Source: an uncultured Gammaproteobacteria bacterium
GTDB taxonomy: Bacteria > Pseudomonadota > Gammaproteobacteria > JACCXJ01
Direction: 5' to 3'
Length of the DNA stretch: 64,000 bases
Assembly: GCA_963764725.1 (NCBI GenBank)
Contig: CAVXTM010000016.1
Location: forward strand, 384,001-448,000
How positions within the stretch are numbered: position 1 is the first letter of the stretch; every line of letters starts with the position of its first letter. The notes below the pieces were generated by a model. It did no database searches and was not told the origin of the DNA. It saw nothing but the letters and a program-made list of their open reading frames with translations. Both the position numbers and the translations under genes were made by a program. Below, piece by piece: positions 51,991-64,000 of this stretch.

Positions 51991-52850
51991 TTAGTCCTCC
52001 GTCCGCGGCGATACGCTCGGATGAGGTCGCCCGGTCCGCGGGCCAGGTCCAGGCGGCAGTTTCTGTGTGACGATCTGCTGGAACAGCCCGGGAGCGACAG
52101 CACGGAAGGTGAACGGACGGGCAGTGATGCTCTGCCTGGCCAGCGCAGCGTAAGCTGTCAGGATCGAGGGTTGGACCCGTGCTGCGCGTGGCTTCGATCC
52201 AGGCGTTGAACCGCTCCGCCGGCAACGCGAGCACGTCGAAATGCATATCCGAGAAACCATCGCCACTATAGTGGCTCGAGAGGCCGCGGAAGGTGCCAGG
52301 CGCGTCCGCCTGCAGGTTCAACTGCGTTGTCATTCCGTTCATCGTGTAGATCATGCTGCCGAGCTGCGGGATGAAGAATGCATTCATCACGCTTGCTGAC
52401 GTCAGGGAGAAATGAATGGGCGCTCCGGCGGGAACCACGAGCTGGTTGACGCTCGCGACGCCTTGGTTCGGGTAGATGAAGAGCCACTTCCAATCCAGCG
52501 AGACGACCTGCACCTCGAGCGGTGGCGTGTTCGATGCCAAAGGCTTTGCGGGATCGAGCTCATGGGATCCGATCCAGGCCACGCCACCCAGGAGCATGAT
52601 CACCAGGAGGGGGATGCTCCAGACGATGAGCTCGATGCGGCCCGAATAGGCCCAATCTGGCAGATAGCGTGCCCTCGTGTTGGAGGCTCGAAACCACCAG
52701 GCGAAGGCAAAGGTCGCGGCGATCGTCGGAACAACGATAGCGAGCATGATGGCGAGCGAGTCTGATCAGGATCATCTTTTCGGCTTTCCCAATGACCCCT
52801 TGCGGGTCGAGGACGGCCGGCTGACATGCCGTCAGGACGATCGGCGCCAT
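51991..52850 (-). CDS. cyoA: Cytochrome bo3 oxidase subunit II (frameshifted)
   Basis: [52 protein letters not shown]. Confidence 0.88.
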
Positions 52851-53000
52851 GAAGACTGCGCAGCGCACAGCGCGGGCATTCACCGAACGAAGGCGCTGCA
52901 AAGGTCCTGTTCTGTCTGGTGATCCGTCTGGCTTGCCGCGTGAATCGGCACGCGACGCGGCCGCCAACTGTGACGGCTGTTGGTCTCGCGTCTTCACCAA

Positions 53001-53060
53001 AAATAAACGCTCTTTTTTATCGACCAGAATAGTGGTGCTGGGCGAGTTGTCAAGTACGCG
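53001..53060 (-). mobile_element. Second oriIS-like end remnant with promoter upstream of cyoA
   Basis: TTGACAACTCGC (12 bp identical to 30702), TTGACA-N16-TATTCT, then AAAAAGAGCGTTTATT. Confidence 0.5.
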
Positions 53061-53071
53061 AGTCCTCGAGC

Positions 53072-53217
53072 TGGCGGCAGCAGGCCGCGCTAGCCAAACT
53101 TGCTGCGCTCCTCCTCCGTGAACGCCGTGCCTTGTTCAGCCCTGGGCATTCGAGGAGACCCATCCCGCGAGAGCCTTCCTGCATACCTGACTGCGTCACC
53201 TGCTGGTTTGTCGCCAT
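53072..53217 (-). pseudogene. Second NAD-malic enzyme 5' stub
   Basis: GLNK/GTAFTEEERSKFG*RGLLPP with RBS and ATG at 53217. Confidence 0.7.
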
Positions 53218-53255
53218 TGTCCCTCTCCTCTTTTGCTGGTCACCGGGTGCGGCGG

Positions 53256-54062
53256 TTACCGGAAGAGATTGATCTTGGCCAGATCGATGATTTCGTCGCC
53301 GCGTCCGCTGAGCACCGCTTTGAGCATGAACAGGCTGAAGCCGGTCATCTGCTCGAGAGTAATCGTCGGTGGCATAGCAAGCTCCTGCCGATTCACGATG
53401 ACTTCGAGCAGAGCAGGTCCGTCATGCTTGAGCGCTTGCGCAATCATCGGTCGCACTTGATCCGGTGTTTCGGCTCTGAGCCCAAGGAGACCCGCCGCCT
53501 CCGCCATCTTTGCGAAATCTGGGTTGTGCAGGTCTGTTCCAAAATCGAGGATGCCGGCGGCCTTCATTTCCAATTCGACAAACGCCAGCGCGCTGTTGTT
53601 GAGGACGATCACCTTGACCGGCAACTGCAGCTGCCGCAGCGAGAGCAGATCGCCCATGAGCATCGCGAGACCGCCGTCTCCGGACAACGAGATCACTTGA
53701 CGGCCACGATGACTGACCTGTGCCCCGATGGCCTGCGGGAGCGCGTTCGCCATGGATCCGTGGCTGAAGGAGCCCAGAATCCGCCGCCTGCCGTTCATCG
53801 TCAGATACCGCGCCGCCCAGATCGTCGGCGTGCCCACATCGCACGAAAAAATCGCGTCCGCGGCGGCAAGCTCGTCGAGCACGCGGGTCAGGTACTGAGG
53901 ATGGATAGGCTTCTTGCCGTGTCCATCCGTCGCCAGTTCATCAAGGCTCTTGCGGGCCTCTCGATAGTGTTCGACCGAGGCCTTCAAGTGCTCATCGAAT
54001 TCGTGCTGTTCCAGCATTGGCAGAAGGGCGCGAAGGGTCGTCTTCGTATCTCCCACCAAGCC
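53256..54062 (-). pseudogene. poxB: Ubiquinone-dependent pyruvate dehydrogenase, C-terminal half only
   Basis: IHPQY, DVGTPTIWAARYL, GSFSHGSMANA, GDGG...NN, FVELEMKA. The N-terminus is replaced by IS sequence. Confidence 0.88.
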
Positions 54063-54356
54063 GTTTGTCAAGAGGCACCGTATACTGCTGGGCTCGTGAG
54101 CTGTCAAGCATACGGGTCCGCGGCTGGGATGGGGCATTTTTGGGGCCCTTTTCTCGGCCCGAGAGGCTATGATTCGGGGGCGTTTTGGCGTCTCGGGCGA
54201 GCGAGGGCCAAGAGGGAAGGTCGGCTCTGGGGCTGAACCGGATGGACGCGGGGATCGGTGGGGGATCAAGCCAGTTGGAATCGATCGAAAGCCCTGGCCG
54301 CCGCTCGGAGCGGTGCTCGGCCGGGCAAGCCGAGATGGGGGAGGATCTTGGCGATG
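54063..54356 (-). mobile_element. IS91/ISCR transposase 3' end and downstream oriIS-side region
   Basis: IAKILPHLGLPGRAPLRAAARAFDRFQLA* (stop 54266), then TTGACA(54107)-N17-TATACG. Confidence 0.7.
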
Positions 54357-54791
54357 CTGGTGGTGGACGCGGCGACGGTTGACCCGCTTAGGTCGTCGAA
54401 AAAGGTACTCGTCTAAAGCCGTCTCGCAGATCGCCTTAAACCCTTTGTCCTGTACTTGATATGTATGCGCAGCAGACCTATCAACGGGCAAAATCTCACA
54501 CTCGCGGGATCATTAGGAGCCTCCTGGGGCATCTATCACGGTAGTGTCGTCATTATGGCGAGCCGCGGCGGTTTTACGACTGCGACGGCCGGCAACGGAA
54601 AGGGCATAGGGACCCTATGCAACACGGCCAGCGCGACGCTGGCCTATCGTCGCAAAGGATGATACGGTGACTTAGCGGTCGGGAAGCGCGGATATGCGTG
54701 CTTGTGGATGTCGGCCGCGGATGGCGTCGTTGGTGCTGGACTGGGGCCGCTTAGCACCGATGGCGCACGCCGTCCCCGCGAGAACAGAGCG

Positions 54792-55388
54792 ATGAGCAAC
54801 AACCTTCCTGTTATTTACCTGGCCCGGCACGGCGAGACGGCGTGGAGCCTCACGGGTCAACATACGGGGCTTACCGATCTTCCGCTGACCGAGCGCGGCG
54901 AGCAGAACGCCCGCGCGCTCAGGGAACGACTGATCGGACTGAAATTCGGGAAGGTGTTTACGAGCCCTTTGCAGCGTGCGGCACGGACCTGTGAGCTGGC
55001 CGGCTTCGGGGCCGTAGCCGAAGTCGATCGCGATCTGCTCGAATGGAACTACGGCCAATATGAGGGTCGCCGCACGGCCGAGATCCATGCTGAGCGCCCG
55101 GACTGGCAGCTTTTCCGCGACGGCTGCCCAGGCGGTGAATCGCCGGACCAAGTGGGCGCGCGGGCTGACTGCCTGCTGAGCCGGGTGCGAGCCGTCCGAG
55201 CGGACGTGCTGCTTTTTTCTAGCGGCCATTTCCTGCGGGTGCTCGCCGCCCGCTGGCTGGGGCTCGAACCGTCGGCCGGAAGATACCTCCTGCTGAGCAC
55301 CGCGAGCCTGAGTGCGTTAGGCTACGAACATAACCTGTGCGAACCGGTGATCCGGCTGTGGAATGACATTCGTCACGTAGGCATCTGA
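54792..55388 (+). CDS. Histidine phosphatase family protein
   Basis: RHGETAWS..GQHTG.TD, SPLQRA, EWNYG.YEG, GHFLR. Confidence 0.92.
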   Translation: MSNNLPVIYLARHGETAWSLTGQHTGLTDLPLTERGEQNARALRERLIGLKFGKVFTSPLQRAARTCELAGFGAVAEVDRDLLEWNYGQYEGRRTAEIHAERPDWQLFRDGCPGGESPDQVGARADCLLSRVRAVRADVLLFSSGHFLRVLAARWLGLEPSAGRYLLLSTASLSALGYEHNLCEPVIRLWNDIRHVGI

Positions 55389-55462
55389 CCGGATCCGGTT
55401 TGAGATTCACCGAGGTTTAACTTCAACTTAAGAAAACTCCCTATGAGCACAAAAAAAGAGTG

Positions 55463-55609
55463 ATGGCGCCCCAGACGTCAACCGAATCCGAGAGTATTGC
55501 GAAACTTCGCAGTCAGTACGGGTGCGGTCCTATTGAATTCGGGGGCACGGACAACGCGTTGTACGAACGCCACCTTGTGTTCGACAACGTCGTCGATCTG
55601 GCGCCTTGA
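55463..55609 (+). pseudogene. glgP: Glycogen/starch phosphorylase 5' stub
   Basis: QYGCGPIEFGGTDNALYERHLVFDNVVD*. Confidence 0.65.
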
Positions 55610-55656
55610 CGATCGGCGCGCGCGATGCTCGCGGGCCACGAAACAGAGGAGACATA

Positions 55657-56748
55657 ATGAAAGCGACACAATTGCTTCACAATCTAGGCCAGAGTCTCTG
55701 GCTCGACAATATCACGCGCGACCTGCTGAACAGCGACACGCTCAAACGGTACATCGACGAGTTGTCGGTGACGGGGCTTACCTCAAATCCGACGATCTTC
55801 GACCATGCCATCAAAAACAGCACTGCTTACGACGCCGCGATCCGCGAGAAGCTGAGTAAGAGCAAATCGGGCGAAGCGCTCTTTTTCGAGCTAGCGCTGG
55901 AGGACATCACGCGGGCCGCCGACCTATTTCGACCAGTCTACGACCAGACGGACGGTGTGGACGGGTGGGTCTCGTTGGAAGTGTCGCCCTTGCTGGCCTA
56001 CGACACAGCCAGCAGCCTGGCTGCAGCCAAGGATCTGCACGGGCGGGCGGGACGGCCTAACCTGTTCATCAAGATCCCTGGAACCCAGAAAGGACTGCCT
56101 GCGATCGAGGAGGCGATCTTTGCGGGCATCCCGATAAACGTCACCCTGCTGTTCTCCCGAGAGCACTACATGTCGGCTGCCGAGGCATTCCTGCGGGGTA
56201 TTGAGCGGCGTATCGACGCCGGACTCAAGCCCGGCGTCGGCTCCGTCGCCTCGGTGTTTATCAGTCGCTGGGACTCCGCGGTGATGGGGAAGGTCCCTGA
56301 CTCGCTGCGCGACCAGCTCGGCATCGCCATCGCTAAGCGTACGTACAAGGCGTACCGCCAGTTGCTTGCCTCCCCCCGCTGGCAACGCGTTTTCAACGCC
56401 GGGGCGCGTCCCCAACGGCTCCTATGGGCCAGCACGGGAACCAAGGATCCCAAGGCATCCGACGTCCTCTACATCAAGGCCCTCGCTGCTCCTCTCACGG
56501 TGAACACGATGCCGGAGGGTACCTTGAAAGCCCTCGCCGATCACGGCGAATTGGGCACGATCCTGCCGGCAGACGGTGGCGACTGCGAGGAAGTGTTAGC
56601 GCAGTTCGCTAAGGCCGGAATCGATGTCGACGCCCTGGCCGCTCAGCTTCAGGATGAAGGGGCGAAGTCGTTCGTTAAGTCCTGGAACGAACTGATGGCG
56701 GTGATCACATCCAAGAGTGCTGCACTGAAGGAAACGGTAGCCAGTTGA
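55657..56748 (+). CDS. tal: Transaldolase
   Basis: SLWLDNI, GLTSNPTIF, VSLEVSP, FIKIP, NVTLLFS, SVFISR, LWASTGTK. Confidence 0.95.
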   Translation: MKATQLLHNLGQSLWLDNITRDLLNSDTLKRYIDELSVTGLTSNPTIFDHAIKNSTAYDAAIREKLSKSKSGEALFFELALEDITRAADLFRPVYDQTDGVDGWVSLEVSPLLAYDTASSLAAAKDLHGRAGRPNLFIKIPGTQKGLPAIEEAIFAGIPINVTLLFSREHYMSAAEAFLRGIERRIDAGLKPGVGSVASVFISRWDSAVMGKVPDSLRDQLGIAIAKRTYKAYRQLLASPRWQRVFNAGARPQRLLWASTGTKDPKASDVLYIKALAAPLTVNTMPEGTLKALADHGELGTILPADGGDCEEVLAQFAKAGIDVDALAAQLQDEGAKSFVKSWNELMAVITSKSAALKETVAS

Positions 56749-56826
56749 AGGCCGGGGTTGATCGTACCGAGAACAACACACCTCAAATTTCCGCGGGCGA
56801 CGGAAGAGTCTCGGAGGCTTCCCATT

Positions 56827-56981
56827 TGAACGTGCTGGTTATTGATATAGGCGGGACGCATGTCAAAGTCCTCGCCACCGGACAAGCCCAACCTCGGGAG
56901 TTTCCCTCCGGGCCGACCCTGACGCCCAAAAAGATGGTCTCCGGAGTCAAGAAGCTCACGGCGGAATGGAAGTATATATAG
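56827..56981 (+). pseudogene. ROK family (polyphosphate glucokinase-like) 5' stub
   Basis: [13 protein letters not shown]....FPSGP.LTP..MV..VK, then stop. Confidence 0.7.
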
Positions 56982-57010
56982 AGAAGTCAGGAGAGGAAAG
57001 GAGTAAGAAC

Positions 57011-58682
<1,672 letters not shown>

Positions 58683-58805
58683 TGACTCACGGCTATGACA
58701 GAGCTAACGTTCTGGCGGCCAAGAAGTGGCTGCAGCGATGGACCGGCTGCGAGCCAACATCAAGGAGTCGTGGAAACAACCTTAACGAGCGCATAGAGGT
58801 GATTT

Positions 58806-59826
58806 ATGCAACTTGGAATGATTGGTCTTGGAAGGATGGGGGCAAACATGGTGCGGAGGCTCCTCAAAGGAGGCCACCGGTGCGTAGTCTTCGACATGTC
58901 GCCGAAAGCAGTGAACGAGTTGGTCCAGGAGAAGGCGGCAGGAAGCTCCTCACTGCCTGATCTCGTGACCAAGTTGGAGAAGCCTCGGGCGGTATGGTTA
59001 ATGGTCCCGGCGGCAGTCGTGGAGAAAACCATTGCCGACCTCCTGCCCCACCTTGAGGCGGAAGACATCCTCATCGACGGCGGCAATTCCTATTACGTGG
59101 ATGACATCCGGCGCGCAAAGGAACTCGCAGCGAAGCGCATCCACTATGTGGACGTGGGGACGAGCGGTGGTGTGTGGGGCCTGGAACGCGGTTACTGCAT
59201 GATGATTGGTGGCGAAAAGGACGTGGTCAAGCACCTCGATCCAATCTTCTCGACGCTGGCGCCGGGCGCGGGTGACGTACCGCGCACGCCGGGACGCGAG
59301 AAATTTGACGGCACCGCCGAACAGGGTTATCTGCACTGCGGTCCCAACGGCGCCGGCCATTTTGTCAAGATGGTCCACAACGGTATCGAGTACGGCCTCA
59401 TGGCCGCCTACGCTGAGGGGCTCGGCATCTTGCGCGACGCCAACGTGGGCAAGGAACAGCACGCGATCGACGCCGAGACGACGCCACTGCGTGACCCCGA
59501 GCATTACCAGTATGATCTCGATTTGCGTGACATCGCGGAGGTGTGGCGGCGCGGCAGCGTGATCGCGTCGTGGTTGCTGGACCTAACGGCGGTGGGCTTG
59601 GTCGAAAGATCCCGCTCTGTCGCAGTTCACCGGGCACGTCTCGGATTCAGGCGAGGGCCGGTGGACGATCAAAGCCGCCATTGACGAGGCCGTACCGGTA
59701 CCCGTTCTCTCCGCCGCGCTTTACCAGCGCTTCACTTCGCGCGGTGAGGCGGATTATCAGGACAGGCTGCTCTCAGCGATGCGCTACGGCTTCGGCGGAC
59801 ACTTGGAGAAAGTAGCCGGTAAATAA
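58806..59826 (+). CDS. gnd: NAD-dependent 6-phosphogluconate dehydrogenase (frameshift ~59600)
   Basis: [29 protein letters not shown]; second frame SDSGEGRW...RYGFGGH. Confidence 0.92.
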
Positions 59827-59850
59827 CCGCCTGAGAAAAGGAGATTTGCG

Positions 59851-61260
59851 ATGAGCGATTCCCATTCCGACGCCCTGGTCTTCTTCGGTGCCACGGGCGA
59901 TCTGGCCTACAAGAAAATCTTCCCGGCGCTGCAGGCGATGCTTAAACGTGGCCACCTCGACGTGCCGGTCATCGGTGTGGCCAAAGCCGGTTGGAACCTC
60001 GAACAGCTTCGGGCGCGGGCACACGACAGCCTCGAGAAACACGGCGGAGTCGATGCTACGGCTTTCGACAAGCTGAGTGGCTTACTGCGTTATGTGGACG
60101 GCGACTACACAGACTCTGCCACCTTCCAGACGATCCGCAAAGAACTCAAGGGGGCGCAACGGCCGGCGCATTACCTGGCCATCCCGCCCCTCCTGTTCGG
60201 AACGGTTGTGGAACAATTAGCGAAATCGGGCTGTGCCCAGGGCGCTCGCGTCATTGTCGAGAAGCCCTTCGGCAATGACCTTGCCTCGGCGCAGGAGCTC
60301 AACCGGATCCTGCATGCAGCCTTCCCCGAGTCCGGGATCTTTCGCATTGACCACTATCTTGGCAAGCGGCCGGTGAACAACGTGGTCGTTTTCCGGTTCG
60401 CCAACGCGTTCATGGAGCCGTTCTGGAATCGAAACTATATCGAAAGCGTGCAGATCACGATGGCGGAAGAATTCGGGGTGCAAGGACGCGGCGCTTTCTA
60501 CGATCAAACTGGCACCATTCGCGACGTGATCCAAAACCATCTCTTCCAAGTGCTGTGCAACCTTGCGATGGAGCCTCCGGTGCGCACAGACAGCCAAACC
60601 ATTCGTGATGAGAAGGTCAAGGTACTGAAAGCGATTCCACCGCTCCAGGCGAACAATCTCGTCCGAGGGCAGTTCCGCGGCTACCGCCAGGAAACGGGAG
60701 TAGCTCCCGATTCGAAGGTGGAAACCTTTGCCGCGCTGCGACTGGAGGTCGATTCCTGGCGTTGGAAGGGCGTGCCATTCTACATCCGAGCAGGGAAGAA
60801 CATGCCGGTGACCTGCACGGAGGTCCTTGGCCGGTTTCGAAAGCCTCCGACGGTCATCAGGGAGAGTGCTCTGTCTCAGAACCATCTGCGGTTCCGGATC
60901 AGTCCCGAGATGACGATAGCCGTAGGCACGACCGTTATGGCTCCGGGCGAAGTGATGAAAGGCGAGACGGTGGAGATGGTGGCCAGCCGTCATCCCCGTC
61001 CGGACGAGATGGAAGCGTACGAGCGCGTGCTGGGCGACGCGATGGCCGGAGACGCCACCCTGTTTGCCCGCGAGGATTACGTCGAAGAGGCGTGGCGAAT
61101 CGTCGATCCGGTGCTGAAGGCCAGCACTCCGATCTACGAATACGAGAAAGGTGCCTGGGGTCCGAGTGAGGTCGACCAGAGAGTTTCGCCTGCCGGAGGC
61201 TGGCATAACCCGACCGCCACAGACCAGGAAGATTTCCGCGTTGTTCCCGAAGCCGGCTGA
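59851..61260 (+). CDS. zwf: Glucose-6-phosphate 1-dehydrogenase
   Basis: [34 protein letters not shown]. Confidence 0.96.
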   Translation: MSDSHSDALVFFGATGDLAYKKIFPALQAMLKRGHLDVPVIGVAKAGWNLEQLRARAHDSLEKHGGVDATAFDKLSGLLRYVDGDYTDSATFQTIRKELKGAQRPAHYLAIPPLLFGTVVEQLAKSGCAQGARVIVEKPFGNDLASAQELNRILHAAFPESGIFRIDHYLGKRPVNNVVVFRFANAFMEPFWNRNYIESVQITMAEEFGVQGRGAFYDQTGTIRDVIQNHLFQVLCNLAMEPPVRTDSQTIRDEKVKVLKAIPPLQANNLVRGQFRGYRQETGVAPDSKVETFAALRLEVDSWRWKGVPFYIRAGKNMPVTCTEVLGRFRKPPTVIRESALSQNHLRFRISPEMTIAVGTTVMAPGEVMKGETVEMVASRHPRPDEMEAYERVLGDAMAGDATLFAREDYVEEAWRIVDPVLKASTPIYEYEKGAWGPSEVDQRVSPAGGWHNPTATDQEDFRVVPEAG

Positions 61261-61346
61261 CGAGGCGGTCGTGCCTAGGGCGGTTGTGAGTGGTCTTCGC
61301 ATCCGATGTGTGGGTTGTCAGATTGATCCCATCTGGAGAAAGTCCC

Positions 61347-62043
61347 ATGCAGCTCGAAGTGTTTGATGATGCCGATTCCGTCGCGCGAGCGGCTGCGGCG
61401 ACAATCGCCGCGGATGCTCGTGCGGCGATCCCTGCCCGTGGCCGCTTCGCGCTGGCTGTCAGTGGCGGCCACACTCCGTGGCTCATGCTGCGGACGCTGG
61501 CGGGGGAAGATATCCCTTGGGCGGGTGTGCATATATGCCAGGTCGACGAGCGTGTGGCTCCAGAGGGACACCTGGACCGAAACCTCACCCACTTGCGTGA
61601 AAGCTTGGTTCAGCATGCCCCCCTGCACCCGGAGCAGATTCATGCCATGCCGGTGGAATCGCCCGACCTGGAGGCCGCAGCCACGCAGTATTCCCTGGCT
61701 CTGCGGGAGCTCGCAGGATCGCCGCCGGTGCTCGACCTCGTCCACCTCGGTCTCGGTGCCGACGGCCATACTGCCTCACTGGTGCCTGGCGATGCGGTTC
61801 TCGATGTTACCGACGCGGACGTGGCGCCGACCGGAGTCTACCAAGGCAGACGCCGGATGACGTTGACGTATCCGATGCTCAATCGCGCCCGCCGGGTACT
61901 TTGGGTTGTGACCGGAAGTGAGAAGGTGGAAATGCTCCGTCGCCTGCGCGACGGCGATCGTGTCGATTCCCGCCGGGCGGGTCCGCCGCGAACACGCCCT
62001 GCTGCTGGCCGACCGCGCGGCAGCAGGACAGCTGACCCCTGAA
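61347..62043 (+). CDS. pgl: 6-phosphogluconolactonase (late frameshift)
   Basis: SGGHTP, DERV, LGLGADGHTASL, RMTLTYP. Confidence 0.9.
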
Positions 62044-62059
62044 TACAAGCGAGGATAAC

Positions 62060-62551
62060 ATGCGCGTGGGAATTGCCACGGATCATGGTGGTTTTGGTTT
62101 GAAGGAAGAATTGGTTGCTCATCTCCTCGGGGCGGGGCATGAGGTAGTCGATTTCGGGGCGCATGGCCTGAACCCGGGCGACGATTATCCCGACTTCGTT
62201 ATCCCGCTCGCCCGGGCTGTGGCGGCAGGGACGGTCGAGCGCGGGGTGGCGATCTGCGGCAGCGGCGTCGGCGCGTCGGTCTGCGCAAACAAGATACCAG
62301 GCATTCGCGCCGGCCTGGTGCATGACCACTTCTCCGCCCGGCAAGGGGTCGAGGACGACCACATGAACATTATTTGTATGGGCGGCCGGACCATCGGTCT
62401 TCTCGTAGCCTGGGACCTCGTCGAGACGTTTCTGGCGGCCGAGTTTAGTCAAGCCGAGCGCCACCTGCGCCGTCTGGGCAAAGTGGCGTCGCTCGATCCG
62501 GAACTGATCAGCGACCGGCGTGGGGCGCCAATCAAACCGCTCCACACGTAG
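62060..62551 (+). CDS. rpiB: Ribose-5-phosphate isomerase B
   Basis: DHGG..LK, DDYPD, ICGSGVG, NK..GIRA, RHLRR. Confidence 0.93.
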   Translation: MRVGIATDHGGFGLKEELVAHLLGAGHEVVDFGAHGLNPGDDYPDFVIPLARAVAAGTVERGVAICGSGVGASVCANKIPGIRAGLVHDHFSARQGVEDDHMNIICMGGRTIGLLVAWDLVETFLAAEFSQAERHLRRLGKVASLDPELISDRRGAPIKPLHT

Positions 62552-62666
62552 ATCTATACAACCAGCGCTCGGTGGTGTTCCTAATCGTGAAGGACACAGG
62601 CCACGACGCAGCGGCAGCAGTCGCGGCCGTGAAACAGAAAATCAGCGGATTAGCGAGGAGAAAACC

Positions 62667-64000
62667 ATGAGTACGACGCAAGTTGCTCAACCAATGACAG
62701 ACGCGGGAGTCGATCAGTTGTGTATCAATACCATCCGCACGCTTTCGATTGACGCGGTCCAGCAGGCCAAGTCCGGGCACCCCGGCACGCCGATGGCGCT
62801 CGCCCCTCTGGTCTACACCATTTGGAATCGCGTCATGCGCTTCGACCCGCAGGACCCGATCTGGCCCAACCGCGATCGGTTCGTGCTCTCGAACGGTCAC
62901 GCCTCGATGCTGCTCTGGTCGGTGCTCCACCTTACCAAGACACAGGCGGTCAATGCCGACTACGAGAGCCTGGGGCACTCCTCGGTAACCCTCGACGACA
63001 TCCGCCGCTTTCGGCAGCTCGACTGCAAAGCCCCGGGTCACCCCGAGTACCACTGGGTCTCCGGTGTCGAGACTACGACAGGCCCGCTCGGACAAGGTGT
63101 TGCCACGAGCGTGGGGATGGCCATCGCTCAGAAGTGGCTCGCCACCCGTTACAACCGGCCTGGGTTCGAGATCTTCGATTACAACATCTATGCTGTTTGC
63201 GGAGATGGTTGCATGATGGAGGGCATTGCGTCGGAAGCGGCGTCACTGGCCGCCCACCTGGGCCTCGACAATCTCTGCTGGGTCTATGACAACAATCACA
63301 TCACCATCGAAGGCAACACGCGCATCACCTTCACGGAGGACGTTGCAACCCGGTTCCTCGGTTACGGATGGAACGTTCTGCGGGTCGGCGATGCCAACGA
63401 TACCGATCGCATCGAACACGCCCTCGAGGTCTTCCGCAAGACGAAAGGCCGGCCGTCCTTCATCATTCTCGACAGCCATATCGGCTACGGTTCACCGCAC
63501 AAGCAGGACACCGCCGAAGCGCACGGCGAGCCGCTCGGCGAGGAGGAGATCCGCCTTACCAAGCGCAGCTACGGATGGCCCGAGAACGCGAGGTTCCTCG
63601 TGCCTGGTGGCGTTTATGAGCACTTCGCCGCTGGGATCGGCGTACGCGGCGCAAAGGCCCGCAAGGAATGGACGCATCCGGTGTGGCGCATGGCGCTTAC
63701 GTGCTGGCGGACGCCCCCAACGGCAACCCCGAAGTGATCCTGATCGCCTCGGGGAGCGAAGTCAGTCTCGCCGTGAATGCGCACGAAACACTGCTCTCCG
63801 AGGGCATCCGCTCGCGAGTGGTGTCGATGCCGTCCTGGGACATCTTCGACCACCAGACCCGGGAGTATCGGGACAGCGTGCTGCCACCCAATATGAAGGC
63901 GCGCGTCGCGGTCGAGCAGGCCTCCACTTTCGGATGGGAGCGATACGTCGGCACTTCCGGCCATGTGATCGGGATGAAGACTTTCGGAGCTTCGGCGCCG
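62667..64000 (+). pseudogene. tkt: Transketolase with internal deletion at ~63675, running off the right edge
   Basis: SGHPG, SNGHA, GHPE, TGPLGQG, GDGCMMEG; after KEWT it jumps to GAYVL...LIASGSEV...VVSMPS in another frame. Confidence 0.85.

Noticed and set aside
53256-54491. Novel 411 aa PoxB with a unique N-terminus
   Set aside because: The N-terminal part is read-through of IS91-derived sequence fused to a truncated poxB.

Overview
This 64 kb window comes from a Gram-negative bacterium, probably a proteobacterium (RND/OMF pumps, cyoABCD), and has two very different halves. (1) 1-17.8 kb is a tightly coupled, almost intact minus-strand cluster for coenzyme M (CoM)-dependent epoxide metabolism. 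It encodes an acylating aldehyde dehydrogenase, an HTH-MEDS regulator, epoxyalkane:CoM transferase (XecA-like), a small Zn-ribbon protein, a 2-KPCC-like reductase/carboxylase, a single S-HPCDH-like SDR, a two-subunit CoA-transferase, a Cys-rich hypothetical protein, the four bacterial CoM biosynthesis genes (comA/xcbB, xcbC, xcbD, xcbE) and an ADP-forming acyl-CoA ligase that runs off the left edge. The core order resembles the Xanthobacter propene pathway, while the accessory enzymes resemble ethene degraders. No alkene monooxygenase is visible in the window. xcbE is fused in frame behind a DUF559 endonuclease bracketed by inverted palindromic repeats. (2) 18-64 kb is an accessory patchwork: Kef antiporter, alcohol dehydrogenase, amidohydrolase, Cif-like hydrolase, MFS, two efflux systems, MscS, cyoABCD and a pentose-phosphate operon. 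These are interspersed with about 20 gene stubs and IS91/ISCR-type remnants. Many single-base frameshifts may be sequencing errors. I found no rRNA, tRNA or CRISPR array. Family assignments come from motif recognition and recalled reference sequences, not from database searches.
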